A stretch of DNA of 64,000 nt. It comes from Candidatus Hydrothermales bacterium. GTDB taxonomy: Bacteria > Hydrothermota > Hydrothermia > Hydrothermales > JAJRUZ01. The position numbers and the translations under genes were made by a program. Of this stretch, positions 39,756 through 50,878 are shown piece by piece; position 1 is the stretch's first letter; each line of letters begins with the position of its first letter. The notes under the pieces are model-generated. The model was not told where the DNA came from and ran no database searches. It was given only the letters and a program-made list of their open reading frames with translations. The DNA is taken from contig JBCNUW010000001.1 of NCBI GenBank assembly GCA_039630575.1, positions 659-64,658 on the forward strand, in the 5' to 3' direction.

Positions 39756-40880
39756 TTGATGTATTTTTCAATTCTTATTTTTTTTATCTTACCCCCCTAT
39801 GATGTTAGGGCTTTTGATTATCCAAACGATGCGGGAGGTAAAATAAAGATAGAATGGAATCTTTCTCCGGATGATTCTGTGATTGATTATTATATTCTTT
39901 TCAGAGAACAAAAGATATTTGATAAATGGAGTGAACCCGAAACAGTTGCTATTTTAAAAAGAGGTGAAAATAACATTTTAGATACTGGTGTTAAAGATAA
40001 AATTAATTATAGGTATTTCTTAAGAGCCATAAAAGGCGAAATATATTCTGATAGTGAAAAATCAAATATAGTTTACTCTTCAGCTCAATGGTTTCATAAG
40101 AAAAGGATAAGTGCACTAATTCTTCTCATTGTAATTGTCAGTTTACTATTATTATACATAGAGAGAGCAAAAAGAGGTATATATCTTTTTATTAGAAAAA
40201 TCCCAGGTCTTGATGCTATTGATGAGGCTGTAGGAAGGTCAACTGAGCTTGGAAAACCACTTTTGTTTTCCCTTGGTCTTGGAACTATTGCTGATATTCC
40301 TACGATAGCAGGACTTTCTATTTTGAAAAGGGTTGCCAAAAAAGCTGCTGAATATGAAACAGATCTTATAGTTCCTTGTTTTGAACCGGTTGTTTTTGTT
40401 GCTGCTCAAGAAACTGTGAAGGAAGGTTATCTTGAAGCCGGTAGGCCCGATTTATATAAAGAGGGAAATGTGTTTTTCTTGTCCTACGAGCAATTCGGCT
40501 ATGCTGCAGGAGTTGATGGAATAATTTTAAGAGAAAAACCTGGTGCGATATTTCTTCAAGGTTACTTTTACGCTGAGTCACTTATTATTGCAGAGACGGG
40601 TAATTCAATTGGAGCAATACAAATTTCAGGAACAACTGCAGTCACACAGCTTCCGTTTTTTGTTGCTGCTACGGACTATACTTTAATAGGAGAAGAGATG
40701 TATGCTGCAAGTGCCTATCTCGAGAGGGATCCTCTTTCCCTTGCAACGATAAAGGGAGAAGATTGGGTTAAAATGCTTCTTATAATTTTGATTGTTTTTG
40801 GAGTAATTTTAGAATCAATTGCTTTTTTTGTTAAAATACCTTGGCTTCATTTTTTGAAAAATTTCTTTACAATTTTCTGA
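39756..40880 (+). CDS. FN3-domain + DUF6754-like membrane protein
   Basis: N-terminal FN3-like segment (DYPNDAGGKIKIEW...YRYFLRA), a TM, then IRKIPGLDAIDEAVGRSTELGKP...QLPFFVAATDYTLIGEEMYAASAYL. Confidence 0.75.
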   Translation: MMYFSILIFFILPPYDVRAFDYPNDAGGKIKIEWNLSPDDSVIDYYILFREQKIFDKWSEPETVAILKRGENNILDTGVKDKINYRYFLRAIKGEIYSDSEKSNIVYSSAQWFHKKRISALILLIVIVSLLLLYIERAKRGIYLFIRKIPGLDAIDEAVGRSTELGKPLLFSLGLGTIADIPTIAGLSILKRVAKKAAEYETDLIVPCFEPVVFVAAQETVKEGYLEAGRPDLYKEGNVFFLSYEQFGYAAGVDGIILREKPGAIFLQGYFYAESLIIAETGNSIGAIQISGTTAVTQLPFFVAATDYTLIGEEMYAASAYLERDPLSLATIKGEDWVKMLLIILIVFGVILESIAFFVKIPWLHFLKNFFTIF

Positions 40881-40881
40881 A

Positions 40882-41667
40882 ATGAAAAAGGAAATTCCTT
40901 TAATAATAACTTTTATTTCGGGTTTTTTACTCATAATAGCCTTTTTTGTCCCTCATGAACCTTTCGGAAGTTTGGAACAGCGGTTCAACGATTGGTTTAT
41001 AATTGTCTCTGGATTTACTCTGATACTTGGCGTTGATTCACTTTTGCTCTATCATTATAAAAAGATAAAAAGAAAAGAAAAAGATGCTCCATATTCTTTA
41101 ATTCTTATAATAAGTTTTGTGATTGTTCTTTTTTGGGGAATATATTCTGGAGTAAAACATGGAAATCCCTTTGCTCCAACATCAACTTTTTTAAGATACT
41201 TCTATACTTATGTTTTTGTTCCGTTACAGGCCACAATGTTTGCACTTCTTGCCTTTTTTATCTCCTCAGCAGCCTATAGGGCTTTCAGAGCCAGGACTTT
41301 AAATGCAACACTTTTACTTTTATCTGCAGGAATTGTTATGCTTGGAAGAGTTCCAATGGGGGAAGAAACTGTGCCCTACTTCACAGGAATAACTCTAATT
41401 TTAATATCTGTGATATTTGCATTAGAAGGATTTAAAAGGGTAAATCCATTAGAAAAAACCTTTTTCTTAAGTATGGCTGTTTTGTCTATTTTACTCATTT
41501 TTCCACTCTCAGCTTTTCTTAAGAGACATCTCACTGAAATTACAAACTGGATTATGAATACTCCACAACTTGGAGCAAAAAGAGGTCTTTTTATTGGTAT
41601 CTCCCTTGGTGCTATAGCGATGTCAGTGAGGATAATACTTGGAATTGAAAGGACCTATTTAAAATGA
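40882..41667 (+). CDS. Polytopic membrane protein of the DUF6754-associated cluster
   Basis: About 7-8 TM; PLQATMFALLAFFISSAAYRAFRAR and AKRGLFIGISLG...RIILGIER. Confidence 0.75.
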   Translation: MKKEIPLIITFISGFLLIIAFFVPHEPFGSLEQRFNDWFIIVSGFTLILGVDSLLLYHYKKIKRKEKDAPYSLILIISFVIVLFWGIYSGVKHGNPFAPTSTFLRYFYTYVFVPLQATMFALLAFFISSAAYRAFRARTLNATLLLLSAGIVMLGRVPMGEETVPYFTGITLILISVIFALEGFKRVNPLEKTFFLSMAVLSILLIFPLSAFLKRHLTEITNWIMNTPQLGAKRGLFIGISLGAIAMSVRIILGIERTYLK

Positions 41668-42485
41668 AAAATTTTTTTGAAAAAATTGCTAAAATTGATA
41701 GAAGGATAGTATACTTACTAATCTTTTTAGGTGTAACAATCCCCTTAATAACCAAAAAAGGTTTCAAATTTGAACCACTTCAAGAAGTTAAGAAAGCTTA
41801 CGATTTTATAGAAAGTTTACCTGAGGGTTCAGTTATATTGATATCTATTGATTATGATGCTGCAAGTATGCCTGAGCTTCAGCCACTTCTTGAGGTTGTT
41901 CTAAGGCATCTTTTTTCAAATAATTTAAAAGTGTTAATGATGGGACATTGGCCTTTAGGTTTACCACTTGGACAGATTGCTTTGGAAAAAATAGCTAAAG
42001 AAATGAATAAAAAATACGGTTATGATTATGTTTTTCTTGGCTATAGACCCGGTGTTGCCGCAGTAATCCTTAATATGGGAAAAGAAATAAGAACAGTTTT
42101 TAATACAGATTATAAAGGTACACCAATTGATTCTCTTGAGATGATGAGAGGTATTCATAACTATAGTGATATTGCCTTACTTATCGGATTTGAAGCAGGT
42201 GCAACTGGAGATTTCTGGGTTCAGTTCGGTCAGGCAAGATTTGGTTTAAAGATAATTCTAACTTCAACAGCTGTTATAACACCTGATTTATATCCTTATT
42301 ACCAAGCAGGTCAAATTGTTGGACTTATAGGTGGTTTGAGAGGTGCTGCCGATTATGAAATTCTTGTAAAGAGAAAAGGATTTGCCTATTCAGGTATGAC
42401 AGCTCAGACAATAATTCACATAATTATTATAATTCTAATTTTACTCGGAAATATTGGATATTTTGCTCTAAGGAGACTAAAATGA
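41664..42485 (+). CDS. Membrane-anchored alpha/beta protein of the DUF6754-associated cluster
   Basis: One TM at each end; DYDAASMPEL, YGYDYVFLGY and PYYQAGQIVGLIGGLRGAADYE. Confidence 0.72.
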   Translation: MKNFFEKIAKIDRRIVYLLIFLGVTIPLITKKGFKFEPLQEVKKAYDFIESLPEGSVILISIDYDAASMPELQPLLEVVLRHLFSNNLKVLMMGHWPLGLPLGQIALEKIAKEMNKKYGYDYVFLGYRPGVAAVILNMGKEIRTVFNTDYKGTPIDSLEMMRGIHNYSDIALLIGFEAGATGDFWVQFGQARFGLKIILTSTAVITPDLYPYYQAGQIVGLIGGLRGAADYEILVKRKGFAYSGMTAQTIIHIIIIILILLGNIGYFALRRLK

Positions 42486-43150
42486 TAGATTTAATTTTTA
42501 CCTTTATAGCAGCTGGTTTAACATTAGCTATATTTTCATTTTTATACAAAGACAATCCTTTTTATAAAATAGCTGAACACATTTACGTAGGTTCTGCCGC
42601 TGCATTCTGGTTTTTGTACCTTTGGTTTTTTGATATTGATCCAAAAATTATTGCACCTTTTAGGAGTCTGTATAAAGAACATGGATTTTTAAAAATGTTT
42701 TCGCATCTATCTCCAGAACACTGGATTTTATTAATTCCTATAACACTCTCTGTTTTTATGCTACTAAGGTTCATACCACCAACAGCTTGGATCTCAAGGT
42801 GGTCAATTGCCTTTCTTGTCGGAATGGCTGCTGGTCTTGGAATAACAGGAGCTCTTCAAGGATACATAATTCCTCAGACAGAGGCAACTCTGCTTCCAAT
42901 TTACACAGGTAACTTATTCACAAGTTTTAACAATTTAATAATAGTAATTGCTACAATTTCAACTTTAATCTATTTCTTTTTTTCAAGGGAACAAAGGGGA
43001 ATTATAGGTATTTTTGCAAAAGTCGGAATTACCTTTATAATGATTGCGTTTGGTGCATCCTTTGGATATACTGTTATGGCTCGTGTTTCACTTTTGATAG
43101 GTAGAATTCATTTCCTTCTTTTTGAGTGGCTATCATTTTTATTTTCTTAA
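42482..43150 (+). CDS. Polytopic membrane protein of the DUF6754-associated cluster
   Basis: About 6 TM; LTLAIFSFLYKDNPFYKIAEHIYVG and MIAFGASFGYTVMARVSLLIGR. Confidence 0.75.
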   Translation: MIDLIFTFIAAGLTLAIFSFLYKDNPFYKIAEHIYVGSAAAFWFLYLWFFDIDPKIIAPFRSLYKEHGFLKMFSHLSPEHWILLIPITLSVFMLLRFIPPTAWISRWSIAFLVGMAAGLGITGALQGYIIPQTEATLLPIYTGNLFTSFNNLIIVIATISTLIYFFFSREQRGIIGIFAKVGITFIMIAFGASFGYTVMARVSLLIGRIHFLLFEWLSFLFS

Positions 43151-44556
43151 TTTTTTCGCAGATTTCTCTCACTGAATACTTAAATCTAAGGAGTATCTAT
43201 ATAAGGTCAAGTAATTTCGTAGAGTTAGAAGAAATTTCTTATAAGATGTTTCAACAGGATAAATATAATGCTCTTTACATATCTGATCTTCTCTTGGCTT
43301 TATCAGTTCAGAAAAAAAAGGAAAAGTTTTATTTTTTTTGTGATTCACTTTTTAAATATTTTAAAAATCCAGCAGTTATTTTTCCAGTTGTTAAAACAAT
43401 TGAAAAGTTTAGTTATCCTGAGTATGTAAAATTTTTAATAGAAAAAGCTAGAGAAAAGTTTGATACAAAAAATCTTTACGTAAGGGAGTACTTATCGTCA
43501 ATTTTAAAATTAAAAGAATTCAGTAAATTTTGGGACGAATTCTTAAGTATTAAAGATCTATCTCCTTTCTTAGATATTTTTTCAGATTATCTTTCAAATC
43601 TAAATAAAAACTACATCATAAAAGTATATGAAGATTCAAAGCAAAAAAATTTAAAAGAACTTTTCCCAATATTCATAAGAGAATTTTTAAAGAGGGGAGA
43701 ATTTGAATATGTGATAGAGATGTATAGTTTGTTAGGTAAAAAGAAGCAAGTTGATTCTTTAGTTTATTTTCTTTATGAAAATGACCCAGCTTCTTTAAGA
43801 AAAATTATAGATAAAATTTTTAACGATTGTGAAAAAATTTCTTTTTTTCTTAAAGTTGAAAACTATAATGAAGCATTAAATTATCGAGGAAAGTGTAAGG
43901 ATGAAAAGCTTAACATATTAACTGAAATTTATAGTCTTATACTTTCAGATAAAAAAAGTAAAGCTGAATCAATTGCTGTTAAAAACATTAAAATTTTAGC
44001 TGATGAAAGTCTTGAGTTGGGTAAAATTTTTTACAATACTGGAAATTATAAAGCAGCTGATTCAATTTTGAAAAAATTCAATAATTTTGATATTTTCTTA
44101 ATGAGAGCAAAAATTAATATTTTTTTAGATAGAATTGAAAGGGCAGATTCTATATTATCGCAGACAATTTTAAGGTTCCCTGAAGATGAGAAAATTTATA
44201 AGGCTCTTTTTTTATACTATCTTGTGAGATTTGAAAAGAGAGAGAAATTAAAATTGATAGTAGAGTGTAATGAAAAAACTGAGGAGAATAAAGATTTTGA
44301 ATTGGAGGGAGAGATTGATGAAAAATGGAAAAACTATTTTCTTTTGAAAAAGGAAATAAGAAAAGGAAATTTTTTTGAAATAAAGGATACTCTTTTTGAT
44401 AGCAATTTTTTATCAATACTTTATTTTGAGGGTTATCACTTTTCACTAAAAGAAGGTAATAAAGAGACAGCAAAAAAATTTTTGAAGTACATTGTTGATA
44501 ATCTGAAAGACTCAGCTCTTTTTATCGTGGCACAGAGAAAAATCAAAGATATTTAG
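43126..44556 (+). CDS. Hypothetical exported helical/TPR-like protein
   Basis: Short hydrophobic N-terminus and weak TPR patterns (LGKIFYNTGNYKAA). Confidence 0.6.
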   Translation: MAIIFIFLIFSQISLTEYLNLRSIYIRSSNFVELEEISYKMFQQDKYNALYISDLLLALSVQKKKEKFYFFCDSLFKYFKNPAVIFPVVKTIEKFSYPEYVKFLIEKAREKFDTKNLYVREYLSSILKLKEFSKFWDEFLSIKDLSPFLDIFSDYLSNLNKNYIIKVYEDSKQKNLKELFPIFIREFLKRGEFEYVIEMYSLLGKKKQVDSLVYFLYENDPASLRKIIDKIFNDCEKISFFLKVENYNEALNYRGKCKDEKLNILTEIYSLILSDKKSKAESIAVKNIKILADESLELGKIFYNTGNYKAADSILKKFNNFDIFLMRAKINIFLDRIERADSILSQTILRFPEDEKIYKALFLYYLVRFEKREKLKLIVECNEKTEENKDFELEGEIDEKWKNYFLLKKEIRKGNFFEIKDTLFDSNFLSILYFEGYHFSLKEGNKETAKKFLKYIVDNLKDSALFIVAQRKIKDI

Positions 44557-46000
44557 GGGGCTCATAGTTAGGAGCTTCTTTTGTGATTATTATATCATGA
44601 GGATGACTCTCCTTAAGACCAAAAGAACTTATTGTAACAAACTTAGCTTTTCTTCTCAATTCTTTTATGTTTTTAGCTCCTACATAACCCATGCCTGCTC
44701 TTAACCCTCCAGCAAGCTGATATATTACATCTCTTACAGATCCTCTATAAGGAACCATTCCCTCAACTCCCTCTGGGACAAACTTTATTGCCTTATCTTG
44801 AAAGTACCTGTCACGGGAACCTTTTTTCATAGCAGAAATGGAACCCATAGCTCTATAGGTTTTAAATCTCTTTCCTTCATGGATAACCATCTCTCCTGGG
44901 CTTTCATCTGTTCCGGCAAAAAGGTTCCCTATCATGACACAATCAGCACCACCGGCAAGTGCTTTTACAATGTCACCAGAATATCTAATTCCTCCATCGG
45001 CAATTAGCGGAATCTTATATTTTTTTGAGACTTTATAACAATCCATTATTGCTGATAGTTGCGGAACTCCCACACCAGCAACAACTCTTGTTGTACATAT
45101 TGATCCAGGACCAATTCCTACCTTTATTCCATCAACATCTAACCTAACAAGTTCAAGTGTTGCTTCTGAAGTAGCAACGTTTCCTACAACTAAATCTGCT
45201 TGAAAATTTTTTCTTTTTATTTTTTTTGTTATCTCTAAAACTCTCTTTGAATGAGCGTGGGCTGTATCTATAACTATTACATCTACTTCAGCTTCAAGTA
45301 GTTTATACAATCTTTCTTCCCAGTCATCTCCTGTTCCAATTGCAGCAGCAACTTTTAGTCTTCCTTTTGCATCTATGTTTGCATTAGGATGCTCAAGTTT
45401 TTTAGAGAGATCTTTTAATGTAATAAGACCCTTAAGTTTTCCTTTACTATCAACAACTGGTAATTTTTCAATTCTATTTTCAATAAGAATTTTATGGGCT
45501 TCTTCAATTGTAATATTCTCTTTACCAGTTATGACATTTTTCTTCATCACATCTTTTAATTTTAGTTGCGAATTCTCTACATACCTGAGATCCCGCTTTG
45601 TTGCAATTCCAACAAGAGTTTTGTCCTCCATTACTATTGGGATTCCTGAAATTTTATATTTTTCCATTACCTCCCTTGCTTTTTCTACTTTATCTTCTGG
45701 TGAAAGCGAAATAGGTTCTTTTATTATCCAACTTTCATATCTCTTGACCCTAATAACTTCTTCTTTTTGTTCATCTGGAGACATATTTCTGTGTATAACT
45801 CCTATTCCACCTTCTTGAGCTATTGCGATTGCCATTTCAGATTCTGTTACAGTGTCCATAGCTGCAGAAACAAAAGGAATATTCAAAGTTATATTTCTTG
45901 AAAATTTAGTCTTTAATTCGGTTTCAAGAGGTAAAACATTACTTTTTCCTGGTTTAATTAAAACATCATCAAAGGTGAGAGTTTTTTCAAAATTTTTCAT
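44543..46000 (-). CDS. guaB: IMP dehydrogenase (with CBS pair)
   Basis: [33 protein letters not shown] and YRAMGS. Confidence 0.97.
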   Translation of the reverse strand: MKNFEKTLTFDDVLIKPGKSNVLPLETELKTKFSRNITLNIPFVSAAMDTVTESEMAIAIAQEGGIGVIHRNMSPDEQKEEVIRVKRYESWIIKEPISLSPEDKVEKAREVMEKYKISGIPIVMEDKTLVGIATKRDLRYVENSQLKLKDVMKKNVITGKENITIEEAHKILIENRIEKLPVVDSKGKLKGLITLKDLSKKLEHPNANIDAKGRLKVAAAIGTGDDWEERLYKLLEAEVDVIVIDTAHAHSKRVLEITKKIKRKNFQADLVVGNVATSEATLELVRLDVDGIKVGIGPGSICTTRVVAGVGVPQLSAIMDCYKVSKKYKIPLIADGGIRYSGDIVKALAGGADCVMIGNLFAGTDESPGEMVIHEGKRFKTYRAMGSISAMKKGSRDRYFQDKAIKFVPEGVEGMVPYRGSVRDVIYQLAGGLRAGMGYVGAKNIKELRRKAKFVTISSFGLKESHPHDIIITKEAPNYEPPKYL

Positions 46001-46024
46001 TATAATTTATAATATAAATTTAAT

Positions 46025-49000
46025 ATGAAAGTCAAAAGATTTTTAGTTACATTTTCTGTTTTATTCCTCCTTGTTATTTTATTTTTTGTTTCATATTCAT
46101 TTGCTATTTGGAAGACTAAAAAAGATATAAAAACAAGACTTCAGGATTTTTTAGGTGAAAAAGTAGAGTTTGAAGATTTAAAAGTAAGTTTCACAGAGTT
46201 TAAATTTAAAAGTTTAAAGAGTGATTGGTTCTCTATAAAAAAATTTTCTGTTGATTTCAATATTTTCGCTGTAATTTTTTTTAAAAACTTAGGAACTTTT
46301 GAAATTGATTCACTCAAATTAGACCTTGATTCACTTTTTAGTTTTTTAAAAAGAAAAATAAATTTAGATAAAAAAGATGAAAAAAAAGATTTAGTATACT
46401 TTGTTGTAGAGGACATTAATATAAAAAATATTATTCTAAAATATAAAGAAACTTCGCATCTTTTTAAGAACTTAAAAATTTCTTTCAGAATACAAGATAG
46501 TGAGTATCAAATTATTGTCAAGTTTCATTCACCAACTTTCTTCGATCTTAAGGGCAAAGTAATTATTTTAGGAAAAGGGAGAGATTTTAAAATTTTTACA
46601 AAAAACTTGAACTCAAAGATTTTCAGTGTAAACCTAATAGGAAATTTGAAAGGTGAACATTTTGAAGCCACTTTAAATAACTTTTATATTAAAGGTCATA
46701 TACTCGACAAAATTGATGTTAAGGGTAAGATAAATAAATATGGTATTAAAGTTGATAGAATGGATATAAAGTCAAATTTAGCTAATTTAAATGTGAATTT
46801 TATTTTTGAAGATTGGGAATTTAGAGGATTTTTAGTCGGGAATTTAAATTTAGACAAAATAAAGTCATTTGTTTCAAGCAAATTTAACATTGATTTAAAG
46901 AGTGAGATGTTTTATGGTGATATTTTATTAAAAAATTTAATTTATAAAAATTTTAAATTTGATACGATTTTTTACAGCGGTAAAATATATAAAAATTTAG
47001 AAATCGAGCCAGATTCCTTTTATATTTTCTCAGAATTATTAAAAATTTATGGCAAAGGTAGATTAAAGGAAATAGATTTCAAAATTGAGTACTTATCCCA
47101 AAAATTTTTAGAGAAATTTAGTTTTCTTAATTTAGATGGAGGTTTTAATCTTAAAGGAACAGGAATCTTAAAAATCAAAAAAAAAGATTTTGATATGATA
47201 ACTCAAGGTATAATTGAAAACCTTTTTATAAAGGATATTAAATCGGATACAATAAATTTTACTCTTAACAGAAAAGATGGTGTAAACAACATAAATTTTT
47301 ATTCTAAAAAAATTTATTTCAAAAATTTTGCTGGTTCTGTTGATATATTAAGATTGAACTTTTTAAATTTTGATAGCTTTAATTTTGTTTTAAAGGGAAA
47401 TTTACCTTTCTTTGGAAATTTTGAAGAAGAAGGTGATTTCATCAATAAAGTAAATAGAAAAATTTTAAAAATTAAAAGTGGTATAATTTATTTACATCCT
47501 GTTTTGGATATAAAATTAGATTCTCTTAAATTTCTAAACGGATATTTAAAAGCCAAAAAAGAGAATGAGATTTTGAAAATAAATATTTATAATTTAGATC
47601 TTTCGTATTTACCCTATCTCAATTTAATTGGTAAAGTGAACTCACGTATATATTTAATATCTCAAGATTTTAGCTTTAAGCTTGTTGAGGGCAATATAAA
47701 GTTAAGTAACTTTTTTTATAAATTTATAAGCCTAGATTCACTGAATTTTTCATTCAGAAGTGAAAAAGATGTAATTACTGGTGATGGCTTTTTTACAAGA
47801 AATGGTAAAGAAGGAGAGATAAAATTTAACCGTTCAAATCAAGAAACAGAATTTGAAATTTCAGGAGTTGATTTTAATATAACTGATTTTGATATTTTTT
47901 TCCGTGAGCTATTCAAACTGGAGGGAGGAAACTACAGTTTTAGATTTAAAGGAAGATTAGATAAGGATAGAAAATTTAGATATATAGCTAGATTAAATTG
48001 TGACAACCTACAAGGAATTTTTTATCCTGTAGTCACAAATTTTGAACGGACAAAAGTTTATCTTGTATTTATGAACGACACATTCAGTTATGATTTTCAA
48101 GGTTTAAGTGAAGATGGACAAATAAAGGGAAGTGGTATAGGTAAACTTGGTATTTTAGAAAAAGGATTTAATTTAAGTGGAAAAGTAAAACTCAAGAATG
48201 TAAAGATTTATCCAGTTCAAAACATCGATGCTAATGTTGATGGTGAAGTTATTTATGTTAAAGATCATAGAGGGCTTCATATTGAGGGGGATCTTTTTGT
48301 AAATAAGTGTTTTATATACCCTTATTTTGAAAAAGAGGATTTAAAAAGTTTTTCAAAGACTTATTTAAATTTAAATTTAAAGGGTGAAAATATATTTATA
48401 TCCAGCGAATATTTAAATGCAGAGCTAAAAGGAAGTTTGATTATTTTTACACCAGATTTTAAGAGAAAGGTTTTTAAAGGTAGGTTTGATGTTAAAAGGG
48501 GTAATATTTTTTATCTTGGGAAAATTTTTGATATAAAAGGAATTTCTTATGTAGAGTTAAAGGGGGAAGAAAAATTTGATCCTGAACTTTTTGTTGAAGC
48601 CGAAACTTACCATTTTGATCCCATCGGTAATAGAAAAATAAAAATTTTTGTTAATGTAAAGGGAAAACTCTCAGCACCTCAATTTTTCTTAAGTTCAGAG
48701 CCTCCAGTTTATAGCGAAAGTGAGCTACTTAGACTTTTAACTTTAGGTGAGGAAGTTGTTGGATCAACTATTATTGAAGGTGCTGTATCTCAAGAAATAA
48801 GAAAAAGACTAAAGGTTGAAGAGTTAATGATTACAGGTCTTTTAAAAGGTGATCCTACATTTACTGTGGGGACATACATTACTCACAATGTATATTTCAA
48901 ATATTCACAGGCTCTTATAGATCGTTCAAGAAATTTGTATCTTTTAAAATATTTTTTACTACCAAGTTTATCAATATATACAGAGAAGGACGAAAAGGGA

Positions 49001-49039
49001 AGTTTACAAAGTGGTGTAGAGTTTGAGCTAAGGTTTTAA
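46025..49039 (+). CDS. TamB/AsmA-like translocation and assembly module protein
   Basis: N-terminal TM anchor and a long beta-rich body; DUF490-like end (GKLSAPQFFLSSEPPVYSESELLRLL...GVEFELRF). Confidence 0.78.
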   Translation: MKVKRFLVTFSVLFLLVILFFVSYSFAIWKTKKDIKTRLQDFLGEKVEFEDLKVSFTEFKFKSLKSDWFSIKKFSVDFNIFAVIFFKNLGTFEIDSLKLDLDSLFSFLKRKINLDKKDEKKDLVYFVVEDINIKNIILKYKETSHLFKNLKISFRIQDSEYQIIVKFHSPTFFDLKGKVIILGKGRDFKIFTKNLNSKIFSVNLIGNLKGEHFEATLNNFYIKGHILDKIDVKGKINKYGIKVDRMDIKSNLANLNVNFIFEDWEFRGFLVGNLNLDKIKSFVSSKFNIDLKSEMFYGDILLKNLIYKNFKFDTIFYSGKIYKNLEIEPDSFYIFSELLKIYGKGRLKEIDFKIEYLSQKFLEKFSFLNLDGGFNLKGTGILKIKKKDFDMITQGIIENLFIKDIKSDTINFTLNRKDGVNNINFYSKKIYFKNFAGSVDILRLNFLNFDSFNFVLKGNLPFFGNFEEEGDFINKVNRKILKIKSGIIYLHPVLDIKLDSLKFLNGYLKAKKENEILKINIYNLDLSYLPYLNLIGKVNSRIYLISQDFSFKLVEGNIKLSNFFYKFISLDSLNFSFRSEKDVITGDGFFTRNGKEGEIKFNRSNQETEFEISGVDFNITDFDIFFRELFKLEGGNYSFRFKGRLDKDRKFRYIARLNCDNLQGIFYPVVTNFERTKVYLVFMNDTFSYDFQGLSEDGQIKGSGIGKLGILEKGFNLSGKVKLKNVKIYPVQNIDANVDGEVIYVKDHRGLHIEGDLFVNKCFIYPYFEKEDLKSFSKTYLNLNLKGENIFISSEYLNAELKGSLIIFTPDFKRKVFKGRFDVKRGNIFYLGKIFDIKGISYVELKGEEKFDPELFVEAETYHFDPIGNRKIKIFVNVKGKLSAPQFFLSSEPPVYSESELLRLLTLGEEVVGSTIIEGAVSQEIRKRLKVEELMITGLLKGDPTFTVGTYITHNVYFKYSQALIDRSRNLYLLKYFLLPSLSIYTEKDEKGSLQSGVEFELRF

Positions 49040-49046
49040 TTTTTAA

Positions 49047-50225
49047 TTATTTTTTAAACTTTAAATCTTTCCATAAAGTTTCGAAGAATTCTCTTAAGTA
49101 TGAAAGATTCTGATCTCTTTTAACTCTTTCAAAAAATTCAAGAATATAAATCAGTGAGATAGAAAAAAAGAAAGATAGAAAAATTCCACCTAAAAGGATA
49201 TGACTCCTTTTAGGAGTCTTTTTGTATTTTGAGTAACCTGGCTTAGAAACAATACTGAAGAAAGGTATATCTCTTGAAGCTTCAATTTTTGTGTTTTCTA
49301 GTTCACTCATAAGATTTTTGTAAATTTCAGAAAGGGATTCAATTTTTCTCCAAAGACGTGCCAATTTTACACTGATTTCAGGAACCATTGAAAGAGATGA
49401 ACCAAATCCTGCACCGAAACCGCCTTTTTTATTTCTATTTTCTATACCTTCAATTTCTTTTTTTAGTTCTAAATATCTCTTTTTTAATCTTTTTAACTCA
49501 ATATCGTTTGTATCCTTTATTACTGATAGCATAGTTTTATAATCTATCTCGGCTTCGATTTCCTCTTTTTTTAATTCTGCATATTTTGGAAAAATGTTGT
49601 TAAATTCTTCTTCTATATTGTGAACACCATATTTTAATTTTAGTAGTTTATAGGTATCCTCTACAGCTTTCAGTTCTTTTTCTACAAGGAAAAATCTTTC
49701 TTTTAGTAAGTTTTCCCTCTTTTCATAAAATTGATTGTGGATTTTCTTTATGAAATTTTCTAAATTTTTTAGAATTTCGTTTAAAATTTTTGTTCCTGTT
49801 AAAGGATTTTTATAAACTAAACTGATATTTATCATTCCGCTTTTCTGTATGTTTACTTTATAAAATTCTCTAAACTTTTTTAAAGCTTCATCCATATCTT
49901 TTGCTTTTAGAGTCTCAATCAAACCAAATTTTTCTATTACAGGGGACAATATTCCACTTTCCTCTGAAAGTGAGGCTAAAATATCGGAAGGAGTTATATA
50001 AACCCCGTAACTTATTGGAATAAGTTGAAGTAAAGTTAAATATTCTGAAGGTAAAGTTTCACTATGTATTGGTTCAGCCTTATAGGGCATAATTATTGTT
50101 GATATTATATATTTTTGCGGTATTAAAAAGGTTAAAAGAAGAACTAAAAAAGTAGAAAATATAAAGAATTTATAAAATAGTTTTCTCCATTTTAAAAAAA
50201 TTTCAAAAATTATTTTGAATTCCAT
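49047..50225 (-). CDS. Wzz/GumC-type polysaccharide co-polymerase
   Basis: Two TM flanking a coiled-coil periplasmic domain; PxxxxxKKTPKR before the second TM. Confidence 0.8.
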   Translation of the reverse strand: MEFKIIFEIFLKWRKLFYKFFIFSTFLVLLLTFLIPQKYIISTIIMPYKAEPIHSETLPSEYLTLLQLIPISYGVYITPSDILASLSEESGILSPVIEKFGLIETLKAKDMDEALKKFREFYKVNIQKSGMINISLVYKNPLTGTKILNEILKNLENFIKKIHNQFYEKRENLLKERFFLVEKELKAVEDTYKLLKLKYGVHNIEEEFNNIFPKYAELKKEEIEAEIDYKTMLSVIKDTNDIELKRLKKRYLELKKEIEGIENRNKKGGFGAGFGSSLSMVPEISVKLARLWRKIESLSEIYKNLMSELENTKIEASRDIPFFSIVSKPGYSKYKKTPKRSHILLGGIFLSFFFSISLIYILEFFERVKRDQNLSYLREFFETLWKDLKFKK

Positions 50226-50878
50226 GGTATTATTATTACATCACCGTCTAAAAGGAATGGGTTTTGTGTAAGATCTCCATTTTTGAAATATTGCTCTATT
50301 TGTATAGTATCAATTTGATTTTCCCTTTTTAAAATAACCTTTTCTACATTTTTTGAGAGTGCCTCTTTTAAAAATTCAGATAGTCTTTTTAAACCATCAG
50401 TGTAATAAATACCTGGTTTTTCTAAGTTTCCCACTACATGAACTTCAATTGGGGCTGTTTCTGTAACAAACACTCTAATTTCTGTTCCTTCGAATTTTTT
50501 CTTTATTATCTCATTTATCTCTTTTTCTACTTCTTTTATTTTTTTACCACTTACTTTAAAAAAACCAAGATTTGGACCACTTATTTCTGAAATTGGGATA
50601 TTTGAAAATTTTAAAGAAGTAGGTGTTGTTATTATCCATATTTCACCAGTGTGTGTGACCTGTTGCATATAAACTTGGTTATAGGTTCCAAAAAAAACTA
50701 TTGTTAAAATATCACCCCTTTTGATCTTGTAATCTTCGCTAACAAGATATGCTTTTGAGTTTGAAATATAGGGAATAAATTTAGATGGAACTTCGTAATA
50801 AATGATCCTCTCAGAGTTTGACAAGATTTGTGTAGCAAAAATTACAAAAAGCATTATTGATTTTAAAATAAAAAACAA
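50210..50878 (-). CDS. Polysaccharide export protein (Poly_export + SLBB); true start possibly 50854
   Basis: DYKIKRGDILTI, VHVVGNLEKPGIY and QNPFLLDGDVIIIP. Confidence 0.8.
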   Translation of the reverse strand: MFFILKSIMLFVIFATQILSNSERIIYYEVPSKFIPYISNSKAYLVSEDYKIKRGDILTIVFFGTYNQVYMQQVTHTGEIWIITTPTSLKFSNIPISEISGPNLGFFKVSGKKIKEVEKEINEIIKKKFEGTEIRVFVTETAPIEVHVVGNLEKPGIYYTDGLKRLSEFLKEALSKNVEKVILKRENQIDTIQIEQYFKNGDLTQNPFLLDGDVIIIPWNSK

